From the NCBI GenBank assembly GCA_019721075.1, contig JAHEAD010000006.1, forward strand, positions 1-64,000: a stretch of 64,000 nucleotides of DNA. Reading direction: 5' to 3'. Below are positions 59,992 through 64,000 of the stretch, piece by piece (the stretch's first letter is position 1; every line of letters starts with the position of its first letter). The notes beneath the pieces were generated by a model that worked only from the letters and a program-made list of their open reading frames with translations, ran no database searches and had not been told where the DNA came from. Source of the stretch: Candidatus Sysuiplasma jiujiangense. Its GTDB lineage: Archaea > Thermoplasmatota > Thermoplasmata > Sysuiplasmatales > Sysuiplasmataceae. Position numbers and translations under genes: made by a program.

Positions 59992-60975
59992 TCATCCTCT
60001 TTCTGCAGAATAGATGTGGCGTCTCATATCCCTGTGATCAGGCGTTTTTCTGACGAAGCCATTGCCAATCAGATAGGCAATGGCCTTCTGGACTGTTCTT
60101 CGCTGAAGACCCGTTATAGACATCATTCTGGTCTGATCCATTGAGCCGTGTGTTTGCAGAACGTGATAGATGAAGAGTGCAGCCGGACTGGCGCCCTGCA
60201 CAGGATTTTCCACGAGGGCGCCAAGCGTGTCTCCCCTAAGACCCAGTCTCTGTGTGGCAAGAGCCCCAATGCTTTCCGCTGAGACATTGCCGAGATTTAC
60301 CTTCGGACCAAGCTTCAGGATGAGTTCAGTCTGCTGTCTTTCCTGTGGGGCTTCAAACATAAGTTTGTCTTCAGGACATGAATCTCTGATCCTCTCCACC
60401 CAGTCCCATTTTATCTCACCGCTGTCATCATAGATTTCCACGCTCCTTCCGGTTTCTCTTCCCTCTATGATGACGAGATCACCGCCCAAATCCATCATTT
60501 GTGAAATGCGGTCAATAGTCTCCTCCAGGCTGAGCTGACTTTTCGGATTTTTTCTTCCAACTTCGGTATGCAGCCTCAACCCCGATGATCTGACAAATTC
60601 CGCGATCTCCCTCTTTATGTGGCGCGGTATCTCCACAACCCCTTCGCTGAGCTCAATCGTGTCAAAGCCAACGCGTGCGATGCCGTCAAGGGCCTTCATG
60701 TATTTGCCCTTCGACACCGCTATTTCGAGCATCGTGCCGCCGCTGGAAACAGTTACTCCCGCCTTTTTGAAAGACTCTATTCTGGAGCGGAGCGTTTCTT
60801 CATCAAGGATATAAGAGAGTCCCCATCCGATTTTCACACAATCGACAAAGCCGTGAAGCATGCGGACAGAGTCTACAGTTCCCTGAAGATATCTGTCAAG
60901 CACCATTGTTTTTCCTGCTGACCTAGCACCATCCAAGCATGGGATTTCGGTGATTTCAGCCAAAAAATACGACAA
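59992..60975 (-). CDS. comA: Phosphosulfolactate synthase (ComA) fused to a C-terminal winged HTH
   Basis: TMVLD, VKIGWG, GGT, IELSEG, EVGRK, EGRE, FEAP, VNLGNV, GLRGDT, followed by a MarR-like tail of about 65 aa. Confidence 0.88.
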   Translation of the reverse strand: MSYFLAEITEIPCLDGARSAGKTMVLDRYLQGTVDSVRMLHGFVDCVKIGWGLSYILDEETLRSRIESFKKAGVTVSSGGTMLEIAVSKGKYMKALDGIARVGFDTIELSEGVVEIPRHIKREIAEFVRSSGLRLHTEVGRKNPKSQLSLEETIDRISQMMDLGGDLVIIEGRETGRSVEIYDDSGEIKWDWVERIRDSCPEDKLMFEAPQERQQTELILKLGPKVNLGNVSAESIGALATQRLGLRGDTLGALVENPVQGASPAALFIYHVLQTHGSMDQTRMMSITGLQRRTVQKAIAYLIGNGFVRKTPDHRDMRRHIYSAERG

Positions 60976-61113
60976 TAATTCACCAGTTTATGCTATAATA
61001 TATGAATTTAAGAACCTTTGTATTCGAATAAATGAACATAATTATTCATATTACAAGCTATTTTTACGCATTCTGTATCTGTTATATATGGCCGTTTTTG
61101 TTCCAAATTGGAC

Positions 61114-61827
61114 ATGGAAAAGACAAAATTCGCCGGAAAAGAAGAGAATATGGATGCGCTTGCTCTGCTTAAGTGGGCCGACAGGGAATACGGACCGGAT
61201 GCAGTGTTTGCATGCAGCTTTGGTGCAGAGGATATGGTGATATTTGACATGCTGGCTTGCCTTCAGTCTCGCATCCTGATTGTCACTCTGGATACTGGAA
61301 GACTTAATCAGGAAACCTACAACCTCATCGAAGAGGTGCGTAAACGTTACGGCATAGGTATACAGCACATATACCCTGATCAGGACGAGCTCGGAAGCAT
61401 GGTTTCCGAACATGGGCCAAACCTGTTCTTTGAATCAGTGGAGAAGAGGAGGATGTGCTGCCATGTTAGAAAAGTTGCACCTCTGAACAGACTGCTCTCC
61501 GGAAAGAAAGCATGGGTTACCGGAATCAGGAGGGATCAGCTGTTCACCAGATCAAATTCTGCGAAGGTGCAGGAAGATCATGAAAGGGGAGGCATTGCAA
61601 AAATCGCGCCGCTGGCAGACTGGACCTACGAAATGGTGTGGAAATACATCAGAGAAAAAGGCATTCCGTACAACAGGCTCTTTGACAGGGGTTACACGAG
61701 CATCGGCTGTGAACCCTGCACCCGTGCCGTAAAGGCTGGTGAAGATCCGAGGGCAGGAAGATGGTACTGGGAAGCAGGCATAAAGGAATGCGGACTGCAT
61801 CATGCTGCGATGACCGGAAAGGAGTAG
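61114..61827 (+). CDS. cysH: Adenosine 5'-phosphosulfate (APS/PAPS) reductase
   Basis: SFGAED, LDTG, CC..RK, TGIRRDQ, SIGCEPCT, ECGLH. The CC...CxxC pattern indicates the Fe-S, APS-using type. Confidence 0.93.
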   Translation: MEKTKFAGKEENMDALALLKWADREYGPDAVFACSFGAEDMVIFDMLACLQSRILIVTLDTGRLNQETYNLIEEVRKRYGIGIQHIYPDQDELGSMVSEHGPNLFFESVEKRRMCCHVRKVAPLNRLLSGKKAWVTGIRRDQLFTRSNSAKVQEDHERGGIAKIAPLADWTYEMVWKYIREKGIPYNRLFDRGYTSIGCEPCTRAVKAGEDPRAGRWYWEAGIKECGLHHAAMTGKE

Positions 61828-61900
61828 CCTGAATACGGAGATGTCCGGCAGGATGCCGGACTGCAGGCAGGGACACAAGGAAGAGACGCCTATAGGCTTG

Positions 61901-62528
61901 TCATGGCGATGAGATTGGGGCATAACACCACTGTCCTGGAGTCATTTTGAGCAGATTATGCCATGTTCCCTTGCACATCGCAGCCGTCCTGATCCTGTCC
62001 TCTCCTCGCGCTGTATCCTCCAACCTGTGGTTCTCTTGTCTGCGGAGAACTCGGATTCTCAGTTCTCCCTCCTGTGGTATTCGGAAAGGAACTCCATCGG
62101 CGCATCCATGAGCCTGCCGATGAGTTCCTTCCATGCCGGCGATCCCCTGATTGTTGTGTTGCTTCTGGGTATTACGAACACCTTTGTTCCTTCAGAGAAG
62201 TCGTCCAGTGTGTACTGTGTGCAGTAATACTGGTCGAGGCGGATGCTCCCGGCATCCGTCAGCGTGATCCCGAGCATCTTGTGTGTGTCGCGGTGTGCAT
62301 GTTTCTCCGATTTCACGCCCACACCGTATGCTACGTAGAGTTGTAGAGTTTTGTGCCCAGGTCGAGTATTGCGAATGCATATTCGAAGAGTCTGTGGTCG
62401 AGAGTTGTCTTTATGCAGTTGCAGTTCTTGCGCATAGTTCGGTAGTGTCGTGTGATTGGCAGTGAGTAGCCGGTGCCGTCGCCGGTCAGGTTGCCTCTGA
62501 CGTGCTTAAGTCTGATCTTTACGATCAT
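61901..62528 (-). pseudogene. Decayed transposase (ISNCY/ISA1214-like), 5'-truncated
   Basis: Fragments GDGTGYSL, GVKSEK, RLDQYY, YHRREN*ES.FSADKR and MCKG.WHNL occur in three frames with an internal stop at 62059-62061. Confidence 0.75.
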
Positions 62529-62533
62529 GGAGA

Positions 62534-62576
62534 CTGTGTGAAAATCAAATTCCGGAAGTAATTGGATTTTACACAG
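62534..62576. repeat. Imperfect inverted repeat resembling IS1182-type termini
   Basis: CTGTGTGAAAATCAAATT-CCGGAAGT-AATTGGATTTTACACAG. Confidence 0.6.
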
Positions 62577-62650
62577 GACAGCTACACATGTTTGTGAGGA
62601 ATTATGTTCTGTTGCCGTGCCTATATGGAAAGGGGTAACAGGGGTAACGT

Positions 62651-64000
62651 TCAGATTTCTGTCTGTCTGAAGGAGTGCAGGAGAGCGGTTGAGCCCTGCA
62701 GGGCAGCTATGAGCTTTGCCGTTCCGACTGTGTTCAGTGCTCTCCTCATGTCATAAGCAATCATGGTCAGGCCAAGTTCACCTTTGACCTTCCTCAGTCC
62801 CTTCAGCAGCAGATAACCCTGATTGAACGCCCTCTTCATCGTTCCAAAAGGATGCTCAGACAGCTCCTTTCTCTTCCAGAGCTTCTCTCTGCCTTCCGCA
62901 GTCATCATCCTTGAATCCATTTCCTCGACTATCTCCTGGTGCTCCCATCTGTAGATGCGCCTGCCTCTACTGCTTGTTGTGCAGGCAGTCATATGGTATA
63001 GGCAGGACTCGCAGGGTGCATGTCCGTATATGAGAAAACGCTTGTTCTTCCAATGGCCATCGCACATGTACGTGAGTTTTTCGCCTGCCGGACAGGTGTA
63101 TGTGTTTGTGCAGCGGTCATAGACGAATCTGTCCTCACGGAAGCCCGGCCCGGGTATGCCCCTCCTTGCAGCGATCCCTCCCGGAGCACCATGCCTGGGA
63201 ACCGACGGCCTGATGCCGTTGTCGACACATTCCTTCAGCTGCAACACGTCGAAATATCCCTTGTCGGCCACAACCTCCAGACCTGATGCATCCAGTGCTT
63301 CGCCGGCGCCTGTTGCAACAGAAGCGAGCATGCCGTAATCGGTCGGGTTGTTTGTTGCATCATATTCAGCTATGAGCTTATGCTTCGAATCGACAGCAGT
63401 CTGTACATTGTAACAGACATCCAGACCATGCCTGGTCCTCATCAGCCTGCTTTCAGTGTCTGTGAGCGATATCTCTGTCTTTCCTGTCTCCTCCATTTCC
63501 CTGAGCATCCTCTCATAGTCCGCCTTTCTCTGCTTCGCCTTCTCTATCTTCTCCTTCAGAGACTGTCTGTTCAGCGAGTCTTCATCTGTGCTTTCCTGGC
63601 TGTCACGCTCATCCATCTCCTTCATGTACCTGCTTATGGAGGCGTCCACACGCTCTATCCTGTCCTGCAGCTTCTCCCTGTTGACATTCCTCTCCTTCGA
63701 GTTGACTGCCCTGAACTTCGAGCCGTCTATGGAAATGAGCTCCTTGCCGAACAGGCCAATGTCATCACAGAGCTTGACGAACGCCCTGAATACCCTCTTT
63801 ATGCACTCCGCGTTGTCCTTCCTGAAGTCAGCTATCGTCTTGAAGTCGGGCCTGAGCTTCTTCATGAGCCACATGACCTCCACGTTCCTTGAGCATTCAG
63901 CCTCCAGCTTCCTGCTGGAGCGTCTCTGGTTGAGATAGCCGTAGATGTACAGCTTGAGCAAATCGGCGGGATTGTAAGGCGGCCTGCACGTCTCACCGGG
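62651..64000 (-). mobile_element. IS1182-family transposase (5' end beyond the window)
   Basis: RPPYNPADLLKLYIYGY, SSRKLE, PDFKTIADFR, IDGSK, TDTESR, YNVQ, ADKGY, CPAG, EHPFGTMK. The frame stays open to the window edge. Confidence 0.93.

Noticed and set aside
198..62061. Genome-wide TGA recoding (Trp/Sec), suggested by TGA in tnpA, at hemB-hemC, at DUF655-rsmA and in the ISNCY remnant
   Set aside because: Long housekeeping ORFs are uninterrupted under the standard code, and many genes end at TGA at their expected C-termini. The two IS cases fit ordinary decay.
3034..63938. Numerous 60-270 aa antisense or alternate-frame ORFs in the track
   Set aside because: They overlap well-supported genes and are shadow ORFs.
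1..64000. CRISPR array or cas genes
   Set aside because: No regularly spaced repeats or cas motifs were seen. TnpB sits in an IS context, not beside an array.

Overview
Archaeal chromosomal window. Marker genes are eL15, eL21, Rpo4, aIF1A, RIO1, Pus10, fibrillarin, family-B DNA polymerase and RNase P RNA. The host is most plausibly an acidophilic Thermoplasmatota; this is an inference from gene content, not from a search. The left end is an IS200/IS605 element with a nonsense-disrupted tnpA and a full-length TnpB whose RuvC site appears rearranged. The core region holds suhB-nadK-JAMM, fibrillarin, hemB-hemC-cobA-hemD, LarE, class II ribonucleotide reductase, DUF62, RidA, Lrp, M48 peptidase, an A-type Fe-S carrier, TrxB, a degenerate histidine kinase, MFS transporters, split MetE, a threonine catabolism cluster around rnpB, two tRNA-Leu genes, PolB, YchF and the aIF1A-to-rsmA informational cluster. 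An accessory tract after tRNA-Leu(GAG) carries a P3A-type H+-ATPase, a YcaQ-like glycosylase and a transglutaminase-like protein. The right end has a sulfur-related locus (CoA-disulfide reductase-like enzyme, a ComA-winged-HTH fusion divergent from an APS reductase), a decayed ISNCY-like transposase and an IS1182 transposase cut by the window edge. The best candidates for new biology are the ComA-wHTH/cysH pair, the in-frame hemB-TGA-hemC junction with no canonical start, the rearranged-RuvC TnpB, an unannotated small ORF with a 30-bp periodic array beside Lrp, and a palindrome cluster upstream of nrdJ. All family calls come from motif recognition by eye; no database search was run.
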